The notes beneath the pieces were generated by a model. It was not told where the DNA came from, did no database searches, and saw nothing but the letters and a program-made list of their open reading frames with translations. The translations under genes were made by a program, and so were the position numbers. Below are positions 11,153 to 22,544 of a stretch of DNA of 32,987 nt, piece after piece (the stretch's first letter is position 1; each line of letters begins with the position of its first letter). This stretch comes from Thraustochytrium aureum (Eukaryota), in assembly GCA_012862495.1 (NCBI GenBank), contig BLSG01000329.1:133802-166788 (forward strand), read 5' to 3'.

Positions 11153-11260
11153 GAGAAACGAGCGAGGTGGCGCATTGCTGCTCGTTAATCAGCGGCGCCC
11201 GCTGCTTGAGAAACGAGCGAGGTGGCGCATTGCTGCTCGTTAATCAGCGGCGCCCGCTGC
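11153..11260. repeat. Exact 53-bp tandem duplication (11153-11205 and 11208-11260) between the convergent RhoGEF and bZIP genes
   Basis: GAGAAACGAGCGAGGTGGCGCATTGCTGCTCGTTAATCAGCGGCGCCCGCTGC occurs twice, separated by TT. Confidence 0.92.
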
Positions 11261-11320
11261 CGAGCCCGGCTGGCGCCGTGAGCGTTTGATTACTGACATG
11301 AATTTGAGTTGTTATCTCTG

Positions 11321-12933
11321 TTACTGCCCACTTTCGCGCAGGGCGGGCTCGGAAGCGGCCGCAGCGCAGCGCTCAGCAAGGAGACCCCACATGCTGGCAA
11401 GGCTCTTCTCGACGCGCGGGTCAAGTTTGCCGCTCCGCGAGATGGGCACGCCGCCTGGGGTCTTGAACAACCCGCAGAAGGCCACCTCTTCCTCGCGCAG
11501 CGGGACCGTGGCGATGAGCGAGACGAGGCTGCGCGCAGGGCCCAACGACTGCACGACGTGGCCTGACAAGTAGGTGCCTGGAAACGCGCAGTCGCTGCCA
11601 GCCTGCGCCGCACCTCCTTGGGGCCCTGGGAGGTTGACTTGCGGCTCCCCGAGGGCGCTGTGCGCGGAGGCAGTGCAGGCGACGAAGGCTTGGCAGGGCT
11701 CTGGAGTGGCGGGCGCTCGCTCTGACGCCGAGAGCGCAAATGTTTCCTTCGAGAGGTCAACCGCCGTCGTCGAGGCCACGAAGACGGCGTCGCGCGTTGC
11801 CGAGCCTTGCTGCCCATTCTTCTCGCGCTCCACGTACCGCAGGCACTTGACCGCCTGCCGGCGGGAGGGCCATGCCCCCGCTCGTTCTGCTCGGGGAAGG
11901 CCAAGACACCCTGCTCAGTGACGGGCGGGTCGAACGGCGTCGCGCTCCGCTCCAGCCCGTCCACGTCGGACCAGCGCTTGTACATAGCGTGGAGCGGCCC
12001 TGCCTCGGTATGCAAAGCCCATACGCTGCGGCTCACCACAGGCGCTGCGAAAGGGACCTCCACGTCGATGCGCAGGTTGAGGCGCCGTGCTTCGGACGCC
12101 GGCACACCGTGCGGAAGGTATTGAAACCGGCCGGCGCAGGGCCTCGCGCAGGTCCCTAAGGACGGCAGCGGGTTCAGGGCGACCCAGGACGTGCCTCGTG
12201 CGCTGGCGTAGCCAAGGCCAACCATCTGCGAACAGGCCGCGTCTGCTGCCGTGCAGACAATCCTGAGCTGCTCCTCGGGAAGGCCGTCTGGCATGGCTCT
12301 GGCAATCTTGATGATGCCCTGGACGTACTCTTTGTGCTTTGCGATCTCGGCCCGCAGGAGAGCATTCTCTTTGCTGAGGTCGCGCACCTCTGCGCCCTGC
12401 ATGGCCTCGGCCATGGTCTGCAAGGTGGCGATTCGCGACATCAAGTGGCCTCGTTCGGCCTCGAGCTGGTCGTTGCGCTCGCGGATATCTTCTGCCTCGC
12501 GCTTTCGCTTCGCACGGTGCTTGCGGCACGCCTCGGCGTTGAGCTTTTTCCGCAGCACCGCACCTGCGACGCCGCTCGCCTTCGAGTGCGCGCTCGCGCC
12601 AGACGCGCTGGACGACCCGCNNNNNNNNNNNNNNNNNNNNNNNNNNNNNNNNNNNNNNNNNNNNNNNNNNNNNNNNNNNNNNNNNNNNNNNNNNNNNNNN
12701 NNNNNNNNNNNNNNNNNNNNNNNNNNNNNNNNNNNNNNNNNNNNNNNNNNNNNNNNNNNNNNNNNNNNNNNNNNNNNNNNNNNNNNNNNNNNNNGCATGC
12801 GCTCCGAATCCGTCAGTGTAGACTGGTCCGAGAAAAGGTCGTTCTCAAGCCCGAGCGTCGCCTCGGGTTTGTTTGCTTGCCCTCGACTTTCGGCGATCGC
12901 TGGCCGACCGTCAAAGGCCTGGACTGTGCTCAT
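11321..12933 (-). CDS. bZIP transcription factor with a C-terminal globular (possibly START-like) domain; spans gap 12621-12794, apparent 1-nt frameshift near 11875
   Basis: Basic region RKKLNAEACRKHRAKRKRE (N-x7-R) followed by heptads (IRERNDQLEAERGHLMSRIATL..LSKENALLRAEI). The frame with protein-like composition continues as ..AVKCLRYVEREKNG..DAVFVASTTAVDLSK..TYLSGHVVQSLGPARSLVSLIATVPL to TAA at 11321. Start ATG 12933 (MSTVQAF) is inferred. Confidence 0.75.
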
Positions 12934-14304
12934 AGCGCAGCTCGGGGCAGGGTTGGACAGTGCCCCGCCTTCGCCGCCTTGATGCGGCAGAAGTCGCTCT
13001 TGGGCTTTGGTCCTGTCGTGGCGCGCAGCGCGACCGCGAAGGGGCGCACCTTGCGCGGTGCGGCTGCTTGCTGTGCTTTTCTGGCGCGCGGGACGGGGCT
13101 TGGAGTGCCGCGCGTCTGGTCGTGGGGCATGCCAGGCGAGATCGGCACGCTCTTGGTCTCGCTCGCGTGACTTGGAGGGTCTCGACTCTAGCTTGTACGC
13201 GTTGAGGCTGGTGGACGTGATCCCGTTTCCTTTCGGAAGTCCTCTACTAGAGTCTACGACGGTGGGGCTTTTTTTCGGCCGAAGGATCTCGCTCTCGTTG
13301 CGGTCCAGGTTTGAGGTCTGCGCTGCCACGCTCTCCCGGCCAGCCTGACACTAAAAGACCGACCCTTTGGAACGGTGTTGGGCACAAACAACAGCAGCAG
13401 AAAGGTCCTGACTGTGAATCCAGTTTCCAACCGCAGCACTGCAACAAAACCAACGAAAGCCAGCCCGCCCGCACGCGAACTGCCTGCCGATTCCAGTCCC
13501 ATTCCGAAAGAGGCACAGAAAGAAGGAATGAGCATCGGAGCTGAGCAGGCCCCTGCCGAAAACCAGCGCGCGCTCAGCAACGAGCATGATCATCCAGGAA
13601 CCGAAAGCCTGGATCGCGCGCCGCACAACGCAGACGCACGTTCCGCGGCCAATCAACCAAAGCCGCCCATCAATTGTCCAACCCAACTGCTCTACGAAGT
13701 ACTCAATTGAAACAGTACCAGAATAGCACCGAGCCGTCAAGGGCCCCAAGCGGAGACCGTGCCACGGCCGAGTCATCAGTCAGTCAGCTGCCAAACGGAC
13801 GGCGAGTCAACGCCATGCGAATTCCAGTCCATGTCGACCACGTGGACATCAACAACAACGACAACGACAACGACAACCATGCCTTCATCGCCGTTCCAGC
13901 ACCGCGCCCTCCCCACGCTCTGCTCATCACCTCGATTCGATTCAATTGAAATGCTGATCATCATCATGGTCATCAAGGACAGGACTATCCCGGGACTGGC
14001 AGGCGCAAGCCAGCCAGCGCAGGGCGGTCGGTGCAGCAGCAACGTGCAGCGCAGCGGTGCGGGACGTTCTTCGCACACTCCGCAGGCAGCGTTGACGCGC
14101 AGAACAATGATCTCGCCGCTGCGGCAGGGTCGGTCAGGGTGAGGACGGACTCGGGAGTTGGAACAACTTTCTTGCGAGAACTCGAACAAGAATGCGCGAC
14201 GAGGAGATGCTGTTCGCGGCCTTGGAGCCGAAGGCGGACTCGGACGGAGCGACGTTTCGTTGCATGGTGGTGGTGGTGGTGGTGTTGTTAGGCGGCGTCT
14301 TTGT

Positions 14305-16947
14305 TTACATGGTAGCAACAGCCGAGCCCGCCGCGGGGTGCGAGGCTTCGTCGTAGTCGCCGCGGACGCGGGCCGACTTGGGGTCGAAGGGCGCCGCGAG
14401 GTGCAGGGTGGCGTCGTGCAGCTCGCCCTTGTCGCCGACCTGCCAGCGGCCCGCCTCGAGCCACTTGTTGGTGATCTTGCCCTCGGTGGCGTCGCGCGAG
14501 ACGTAGCCGTACGCGATGGAGCGGCCGACCGTGTAGCCGAAGGCCGTCGAGCGCACGAGGCCGAGGCACTTGCCGTCGCGCCAGAGCGTCTCCATGCCGT
14601 GCAGCGGCACAGAGGCGTCGTCAAGCGTGACACAGACCAGCTTGCGCTGCAGGCCCTCGGCGCGCTGGCGCTCGAGCGCGGCGCGGCCCAAAAAGTCGGG
14701 CGCATCGGGGCCGTTCTGCTTGAGCTTGGCAAGCACGGTAAACCCGATGCCGGCCTCGAGCGGCGTGTCCCGGTTGCAGAGGTCGGCGTGCCAGTGGCGA
14801 AAGTTCTTCTCCGCGGAGAGGCTGTCGATGGCGCGGTAGCCCGCGTCGCGGACTGGGACGCCCAGCTCGCGCTCGTACTGGTCCCCAGCCTCCCGCAGGG
14901 CGCGGTACACCTGGGGCGCGTTCGCCGACGGCACGTGCAGCTCGTAGCCGAGCTCGCCAACAAAGGTGAGCCGGAGGCAAAGCACGTTAGCACCGGCCAC
15001 TTGGAGACGCTGGCAGGTCGAAAAGGCCTGCTCCTCGTCGGAGAGGGTGTGGGCCGAGGTGATGATGCGCCGAAGAAGGGCCCTGCTGTGCGGCCCCTGC
15101 ACGGAAATCATGGCCATGTCGGCGCTGGCGTCGACGAGGCGGGCCGCAAACCCGCGGTCCTCCAGGACGCGCGAGATCCACTCGTAGTCTTTGGTGGCCG
15201 TGTTGCCCCCTGCAGCAAAGTAGTAGCCCGAGTCGTCCGGGAGCCGGGTCACGGTCAGGTCCGCCTCCACGCCGCCGCGCTCGTTGCAGAGCGGCGTGTA
15301 CGTGACGTCGCCGGGGGCCTGCTTGGCGATGTCCGCGCCGCACAGGTACTGGGCCGCCGCCGCGGCGTCCTTGCCGTTGAGGAAGAACTTGCCAAAGTAG
15401 GACTGGTCGAAGATGGCGACCCCGCTGCGCGCCGCGCGGCACTCCTCGGCGACCGCCTCCCTGTTGCGCGGCCAGCCAAAGGTNNNNNNNNNNNNNNNNN
15501 NNNNNNNNNNNNNNNNNNNNNNNNNNNNNNNNNNNNNNNNNNNNNNNNNNNNNNNNNNNNNNNNNNNNNNNNNNNNNNNNNNNNNNNNNNNNNNNNNNNN
15601 NNNNNNNNNNNNNNNNNNNNNNNNNNNNNNNNNNNNNNNNNNNNNNNNNNNNNNNNNNNNNNNNNNNNNNNNNNNNNNNNNNNNNNNNNNNNNNNNNNNN
15701 NNNNNNNNNNNNNNNNNNNNNNNNNNNNNNNNNNNNNNNNNNNNNNNNNNNNNNNNNNNNNNNNNNNNNNNNNNNNNNNNNNNNNNNNNNNNNNNNNNNN
15801 NNNNNNNNNNNNNNNNNNNNNNNNNNNNCGCTCCATGTGCCCCTTGAGGTTTTGTCCGAACGTTTCCCAGTCCAGCTCGAAGAGCCCGAACGCAAAGTCG
15901 GCGCGCACGTCGTCCCAAAACTCCGGGTTTTGCTCGTAGCCGCCGATCGCCATGGCGTCGCCCTGGGTCTTGAGGTAGATGCTGAGGTCGTGGTCGCGCA
16001 CGTTGGGGAGGCGGGCGTGCATCCCCGGGATCGACTCGGTCACGACGAACGCGTGCTTCATGGCCAAGAGCGGGAGCGAAACGCCCACGTGGGCGGCGAG
16101 GCCGTTCGCCCAGGCCCCGCAGGCGTTGACGACCACCTTGGTGGCGATGCGCCGTCCGGTGGAGGTCGTCACGGCCTCGACGCGCTTGACGGTGCGGCGC
16201 GAGACGGGGTCAAAGTATTCGGCGGTCTCTACGCCGCTCACGCCCGTGTTCTCGAAGATCCGCCCGCCGCGCGCCTTGGCAGCCTTGGCGTACGCGTTGA
16301 CGATTCCGGTCGGGTCGATGGTGCCGTCCGTGGGCGAGTGCATGGCACCGTAGACGCCTTGCGGGCTGATGAGCGGGTGGACGCTTTGGATCTCGCCAGG
16401 GGGCAGCGTGCGGCTTTCGATGCCAAAGAACCGCCCGATCTCGGTGAGTCGTTCGTACTCTGCCATGCGCTCCTTGTTCTTGGCGATGAAGAGTCCGCCG
16501 TTCTCGGTCCAGCTGGCAACGCCGGTCTCCGCCTCGAGCTTGATGCACATCTCCCGGGTGTAGGCGTGGAGCTCAACGTCGACGTCGGAGGGGCGCAGGC
16601 GCCACTGGGGACGCGCCGCTCGGCCCGTCAGCGCCCCGGCCGCTCCTCGCACCTCGCCAGCAGCGTCGCCCCCGCGCACTTACCAGCATCCCCGCGCTGT
16701 GCCAGGTCGTTCCGGCGGTGAGCTTGTCCTTCTCCAAGAGCACGGCGTTGATCCCGCGCTCCTGCAGGTGAAACAGCGTCGCAGCCCCGATCGACCCGCC
16801 GCCGACGACGACCACGTCTGCTTCCTCGGGCAGCTCGGCGACCGCCGTCGAAAACTGTCTCCCTACCGCAGCGGATCTCCGCCTTGCATGCATCATCACG
16901 CCTGCCGTCTTGGCGTGCGTGCGCCGCATCATCATCAGCACCTTCAT
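14305..16947 (-). CDS. SARDH: Sarcosine dehydrogenase, mitochondrial; exons 16947-16684 and 16604-14305 (spans gap 15484-15828)
   Basis: Arg-rich presequence-like N-terminus (MKVLMMMRRTHAK..RRRSAAVGRQFST), GxGxxG (VVVVGGGSIG), flavinylation motif TAGTTWHSAGML|WRLRPSDVDVEL matching the SARDH family as I recall it, NGGLFIA, PNVRDHDLSIY, and the GcvT-like folate domain (FDQSYFGKF, GGVEADLTV, RLTFVGELGYELH, AGYRAIDSLSAEK..WHADL, TPLEAG, PFDPKSARVRGDY). Confidence 0.93.
16605..16683 (-). other. Spliceosomal intron (79 nt, phase 0) in SARDH
   Basis: Minus-strand GTAAGT donor at 16683, GCTGAC branch point, CCCCAG acceptor ending at 16605; joins HSAGML to WRLRPSD. Confidence 0.92.
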
Positions 16948-17937
16948 CGTCGTCGACGTCGTCGTCGTCGTGGTGGTGGTGGTGGCGGTGGTGGCGTTGG
17001 GGTCGTGCTGGCCCGCGCCGAATGGGCCTCGAAATCAACCGTCCAAAATCAACCAATCAACGCCAGACCTGAGCCCACCGAAAACCTTGCCGCGAGGCGC
17101 GCCCGGCCGCCGTGCAACAGCAAGGCCAGCCGCGCTCCAATCCAATCGCGCCGGCCGCCGTCCGGCCCGCCGTGCCCCGGTACGCGCGGCTGTTCGATCG
17201 ATCCCGCACTGCACTGCCTGTGGCCAAGCCAAGAAAGAAGCGAAAACCCCACCACGAGAAGAAAAAACGCACAGAAAACCAACGAAAAACCCTCCAAAAC
17301 GCAGTGCCGCCGACGCCCCACTCGGCGCAACCGCGCGCGGCGCGCGGCGTCCCGTTCTGGAGCGCCACCATCCACCCTTCGCGGTCTTGACCGCCAGCCT
17401 ATAGGCCTACCGTACTCACCGCGTCGAGGAGGAGTTGGCCGTGGGCGTCGCAGGGCTGGCTGGCTTGCTTCCAGCCCAGCGCCGCCCTGGCTCCCGGCAT
17501 GCACTCCGTGCCCAGGCTGTGTAGAGGCTGCTGCGTTCGCGCCTGGCAGCACCGCGCGGCGGCCGCGGGGGGGCCGAACGGACCGGCGGGTCCACCCGGC
17601 TGGACTCGTTGGACTCTTTCTGAGCTCGCTCGAGGGCGGTCGAGTCGAGCAGCCTGCGGTGCGATCANNNNNNNNNNNNNNNNNNNNNNNNNNNNNNNNN
17701 NNNNNNNNNNNNNNNNNNNNNNNNNNNNNNNNNNNNNNNNNNNNNNNNNNNNNNNNNNNNNNNNNNNNNNNNNNNNNNNNNNNNNNNNNNNNNNNNNNNN
17801 NNNNNNNNNNNNNNNNNNNNNNNNNNNNNNNNNNNNNNNNNNNNNNNNNNNNNNNNNNNNNNNNNNNNNNNNNNNNNNNNNNNNNNNNNNNNNNNNNNNN
17901 NNNNNNNNNNNNTACGGGGGCCGCGGGCGGCGCGGCC

Positions 17938-20536
17938 TCAGGGGTTCCAGACGTCCCGGCATACGGGCGCTAGCGGCTTGGCTTCGAACGTGACGGGCCA
18001 GCGAAAACCGAACGTGTCTATGTACAGCGCCTCGCCGGCGTCGCGCGCCGCGTCGAACGCGTCGGCCAGCGTGTAGCCGAGCGCCACAGTTGCGCCAGTC
18101 CGCGCGCCCCGGCAGGAGGTCGTCGTGTAGCCGATGATCGCGTTGTCCTTGACGCGGCGGATGGGCGAGTCGCCGACCACGCTCCACTCCCAGCCAGCGT
18201 CAGTCGCGACCCGAAACATGGCCGCGTGGCGGGTCGGCACGTAGGCGTCGTCCCTGCCGATGAAGTCGCGCTTTTGCGTGACGAACGCGTCGATCCCGGC
18301 CTCGCGGTAGTGGGCAAAGTCCAGGTCGGCGCGAAACTTGAACCCCTTCTCAATGCGAAGGCTGTTAATAGCGGCGGAGCCGACGCTCCGCAGGTTGCAC
18401 TTGCGCGCCTCCTGGCTGCGATAGATCAGCTCGTACAGCCTCGGGCCGTCTTCGGAGTGGCAGTGCAGCTCGTACCCGTTCTCGCCCGTAAAGCTGACGC
18501 GAAACACCTTGACGTCGAGGAGGTCGGCGCTGCCAAAGCTCTCGATGTCGCGCGCGCGCATAAAGCCCAGCCCTGCGATCCGGGGCTCAATCGCCCCGAG
18601 GAGATCCCCGCTCTTGGGGCCGCACACGTGCAGCACGCACATTTCGTTGGTGACATCGACGATCTCGCATTGGCGGCCCGCCCGGCACTGCTCGAGCCAG
18701 GCCAGATCCTGGCGGACGTGGTCGCGCGAGCCTACTAGGTACCAGTCATCGCCCTCGCGGGACCTGCGGCAGATCGTGAACTCGGTCTGCACCCGGCCCT
18801 TGGGCGTGGCACAGTACGTGAGCCGGCACGGCAGGTCGGCCTCGCCTTTTTCGCCACAGGGAGCGCTCCTGTGGTGACGTCCTGCATGAGCGCCTTGGCG
18901 TCGGGGCCGCGGACGACGATCTTGGAGAAGGAGGAGTATGCGATCCCGACGTGCTCGAGAATGTGCTGCGCCTCCTCCTCTGCGAACGGGGCCCACGCGA
19001 AATGGGCAAAGCGCTTGTCGTCGTGAAAGTCGATCGCGGGCGGGGGCACGGCTTCCGCCTCGGCGCCGACGTAGCAGAGCGGGACTTCGCAGCCAGCGCC
19101 GCCAAAGCCGCCAAAGCGGGCGCCGTGCGCTGCGAGCACCGAGTGGAGCGGGTACGGCGGCTTGACCTCTGTGCGGCCAGCGCTGCGGTTCTCGTAAGCG
19201 CCGTACGAGATGCAGTTGTTGTGCGTGTAGGTCTCCTTGATCTTGGCCTCGGCGAACGCGTCGCTGGCCCAAGCGCCGTACCGGAGAGGGTCAAAGTAGT
19301 CGGTTGCGTCGAGCCAGGCGGGCTGCTCGCCCTCGAGCATGATATGGCCGAGATAGTCGGCCAGGGCGAGCGACTGGGCGATGCCATAGGTGAGCGAGTT
19401 GAAGTCGTACCATCCCGGGACCGCAGAGCGGCCGCACCGCGCAAGCGAGTCGCCCGTCCAGATCGTGGGTCCGTTTACGATGGAGCGAAAGCCAACCGTG
19501 CCCAAGCAGGGGACCAGGGCCATGCCCTTGAGCAGGTTTGGCTCGATCCGGTCGAGGTTGTCAGCGAAGAGCTCCATCTCAAAGTCCGACGGCGGGCCAC
19601 GCGGCAGGTCTGTGCGCACCACGCACTCAGACTCGTACGGGCCGATCAAGAACCCGTTCCCCTCTTGGCGGATGTACGAGGAGCCGTCCAGGTCCCGCAG
19701 GACGGGCAGGCGGCCACCGTTGTGGCCCGCCTGGGCGAGCGACTTTACCTCTGCAATGGTCTCTGTGATGGCGTACTGGTGTTCGATCACGAACGCGGGG
19801 TGGTGCACCTCGCCGGGCGCCATGTCGGACACGCTGCGCGACCAGAGCCCCGCCGCGTTGACGACGGCGTCGCAAGTCAGCGTGCCGTGGTCCCCCGCGA
19901 GAGCGACTTGGAAAGTGCCGTCCGCGGCCCGGCTCACCCCCGTCACTTCGGCGCGGTACTTGATGGTGGCGCCCATCTCGCGGGCCTCCTTGGCGACGCA
20001 ATTGGTGAGGAGCGTCGGGCACACGTCGCCGTCAAAGGGGGTGTGGATCCCGCACTCGACGTTGCTGATGTCCACGAGGGGGTGCAGCTCGGCCACTTCC
20101 TCGCGCGAGATGAGGCGCGTCGGGAAGGCGGGGTCGTCGTAGAGCGCCGCCATTGCGACGTGCTGCTTGGCCTCGAGCAGGCGGTCTGCGTTGCCGCGCT
20201 CGATGATCCGGATTGACCCTGGCGTGTGCAGCCCGATGCCGTGTTTGGCGTCGAGCTCGACCATTTGCTGGATGGCGCGGACGTGCACCTTTTTCAGCTT
20301 CTGCGGCGGGCGTTAGTGAGCCGCCCCTCGCGCGCGCGCCTTGGGGTCGCCGCACTTACCGGAGATCCCGCGAACCGCGTCACAAGGCCAGCCGCGTGCC
20401 AGGTCGACCCGCTGCACAGCTGGCCCGATTTCTCCACGAGGGTCACCTTCACGCCGGCCTTGGCGAGCACCCGACTGATGCTCGCGCCGGCGATGCCGCC
20501 GCCAATCACCACGACATCCCGCGGGGCGCGCCACAT
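17938..20536 (-). CDS. DMGDH: Dimethylglycine dehydrogenase-like FAD/folate-dependent demethylase (about 846 aa); exons 20536-20360 and 20300-17938, apparent 1-nt frameshift at 18847-18851
   Basis: VVVIGGGIAG, CSGSTWHAAGLVT, KLKKVH..GLHTPGSIR, DGDVCP, VVNAAGLW, EHQYAITETIAEV and LPVLRDLDGSSYIRQEGNGFLIGPYE, which is close to the DMGDH family pattern as I recall it. GcvT-like C-terminal half (TPKGRVQTEFTI, RVSFTGENGYELH, AINSLRIEKGF). Stop TGA at 17940-17938. Confidence 0.85.
20301..20359 (-). other. Spliceosomal intron (59 nt, phase 0) in the DMGDH-like gene
   Basis: Minus-strand GTAAGT donor at 20359, CTCACTAAC branch point, CCGCAG acceptor ending at 20301; joins FAGSP to KLKKVHVRA. Confidence 0.92.
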
Positions 20537-21337
20537 GGTCGCCACCAGGCCGCCGGACGACACCGCTTGTCTCGCTTGACGGCCGCGCCTGCTCTGCTCT
20601 GCTCGCCCGTGCGCCGACCGTCGACCAACCAGCGGCTGGCGGGCTCGAGCGCTCTCTCGAGCTAGTAGATACCTGCTTGCTCGAGGGCTCGCTCGGGTCG
20701 CTCGAGCTGGCAGCCTGCACGGCTTCCGAGTCTGCCGGCCTCGCAGCAACGCCCTTCCGAAACCAGAGCATGGCAACAGGTTGGTCCTCACGGCAAAACC
20801 CGCACGCATACGCACCAGGCAGCCCCTCCAGGCGCTCCAAACAACGCACGCCTGCGCGCACTCGGACTATCCCGACTCCACAGGCCGCACGGTCGTCTCG
20901 GCCGACACGATGCTGCGCTTGCGGTTGCTGAGGGAAGGCTACGGCGGAGTCCTCGCAGAGCAGTCGTTGTCGAACGACCGCGCGGCGAGCAGCCTGCCTC
21001 GCGAGCGAGTCCCTGGACCTGGCCGAGCGGCCGGCCGGCCGGCCAGCGCTGAGATTCGGCGCCGATTCGCTCCGCGCCAAGCCCAGGTTGCAACCAGCCG
21101 TGCGAGCAGCGCAAGCCCTGCCTCGTGGGCAATCAATCGATCGATGAAACCAGCGCTCCGATGCAGCGCGAGCGCGTGAGCTGTACAGCGTTGCGTCGAG
21201 TGAGCAGAGCAGCGTCGGTAGAGTACCTCCCTCGCGGCCTCCTCCCTGCCAGCCTCCTCCCTCCCTCCATCCTCCCGAGCGAGAATCAATCCATCGAGGC
21301 CGGCCTGCTCGAGCAGCCTGCAGCCTGCGCAGATCGC

Positions 21338-21403
21338 CAGCAGCAGCAGCAGCAGCAGGAGCAGCAGCAGCAAGAGCAGCAGGAGCAGCAGGAGCAGCAG
21401 GAG
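21338..21403. repeat. (CAG)n/(CAGGAG)n trinucleotide tract in the divergent DMGDH-Rieske intergenic region
   Basis: cagcagcagcagcagcagcaggagcagcagcagcaagagcagcaggag.. read directly. Confidence 0.85.
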
Positions 21404-22544
21404 CATCGTACTCGACTCCACGAGTCAACTTTGACCCTTGGCGAGTGCCTGCTCGATCGGCGCTCGTGGCGGCAGGGAAGGAGCCGGGACCGCTCGTGGC
21501 CTGGCCTCCCTCGAGGCTTGTCGGCGATGATGGGCAGGAGGATGATCATGATGATGGGAAAGGTGGGCTGGCCGCCTGCCGGGTCCCGTAAGCGGCTGCG
21601 AGGCGAGGAAATCTCGCCGGGCGGAGGAGGAGGGGAGGGCGAGCATGGGCGCCAGAGGGCTGGCGTTCTTTCTCTCGCTCCTCGTGGTGTTTGCGGTGGT
21701 CTTCGTTCAGTTCAAGGTCGAAGTTTGACGAAGTCTGAATCAATTCAATGCAATCAAACGGTTGGCGCGTTATGCCCAAACCGGGCCTTCGCCTGCCTGC
21801 CTGCCTGCCTGCCTGCCTTGTTGCTGTGCAGCCTGCGTTGCTGGTGCCGGAGTACCGACGCGCGAACAGCCGGCAGGCCGGCCCGGTTGGCAGGCGCGCC
21901 TGCTGGTCGGGTTGACCGGCGCTGGATTGGTGCGCCGGAAAGAAGGGGACGTGGTTGCTGCCTGCCAGTGTGCTTGCTTTCCTTCAAGATGGCATTCAAG
22001 ACTCGGCTGTGCGTTGCGTTTTTGGAGCAGAGCGCCCCGACACTCGAGTTGGCGCGCTACATGTCGGGTCTCCCGCGATGCGACGGCGTTGTTGCGTTGG
22101 CCGGGCGTAGGTCGGCTCGGCGGAACGGGCGTCTTGCTCTGTTTGTCTTCACGTCGTGCGTGCCTGTTCTCCTCGCTGAAAGAAACAAGAGCCCTGAGGA
22201 GAAAGAAACAAACAACCGGCAATCGGCGAGTTGAGCAACTTTCGCACGCCGGCGCGGCCCCAAAACGCGGGTTGGCGCGTTGTTGGACCGACGCGGAAAC
22301 CGAAGTCGAGCGGGTCAGAGAGCACCGGTAACCTTCTCCTCTCGAGCAAGTTGAACTGTGCATTGTATTGGGGCGCCCCGCCTCACACATTCCAACGTCG
22401 CCCTGCCGGCCAACACTGGCAAGCAGTCCCGATTCCCAACCCCAAGCGTCGCTCGGAGCAGATTCCACATTGCGCGCTCCTGGATCGCGAGCAGCAGCTC
22501 GGAACGCACGCGCTCGAGACCAGGCCGCAGGCCGCACTTGAGAG

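Noticed and set aside
5178..11175. Long antisense ORFs (5178-7037, 8785-11175; likewise 14158-15939, 18951-20216, 25987-27072, 27452-28918)
   Set aside because: Shadow frames opposite real genes, expected from high third-position GC; no motifs.
15484..15828. Apparent internal deletion or frameshift in SARDH
   Set aside because: The missing residues fall in the N-gap, whose length is only an estimate; the frame difference across it is not informative.
14305..20536. Calling the two GcvT-domain genes glycine cleavage T protein or DMSP demethylase DmdA
   Set aside because: Both have full N-terminal FAD-dependent oxidase domains with the WHxAG flavinylation motif, which T-protein and DmdA lack.
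21125..22234. 369-aa + strand ORF with poly-Q/E tract
   Set aside because: No ATG at the listed start, no recognisable domain, and composition driven by CAG and CTGC microsatellites in a divergent intergenic region.
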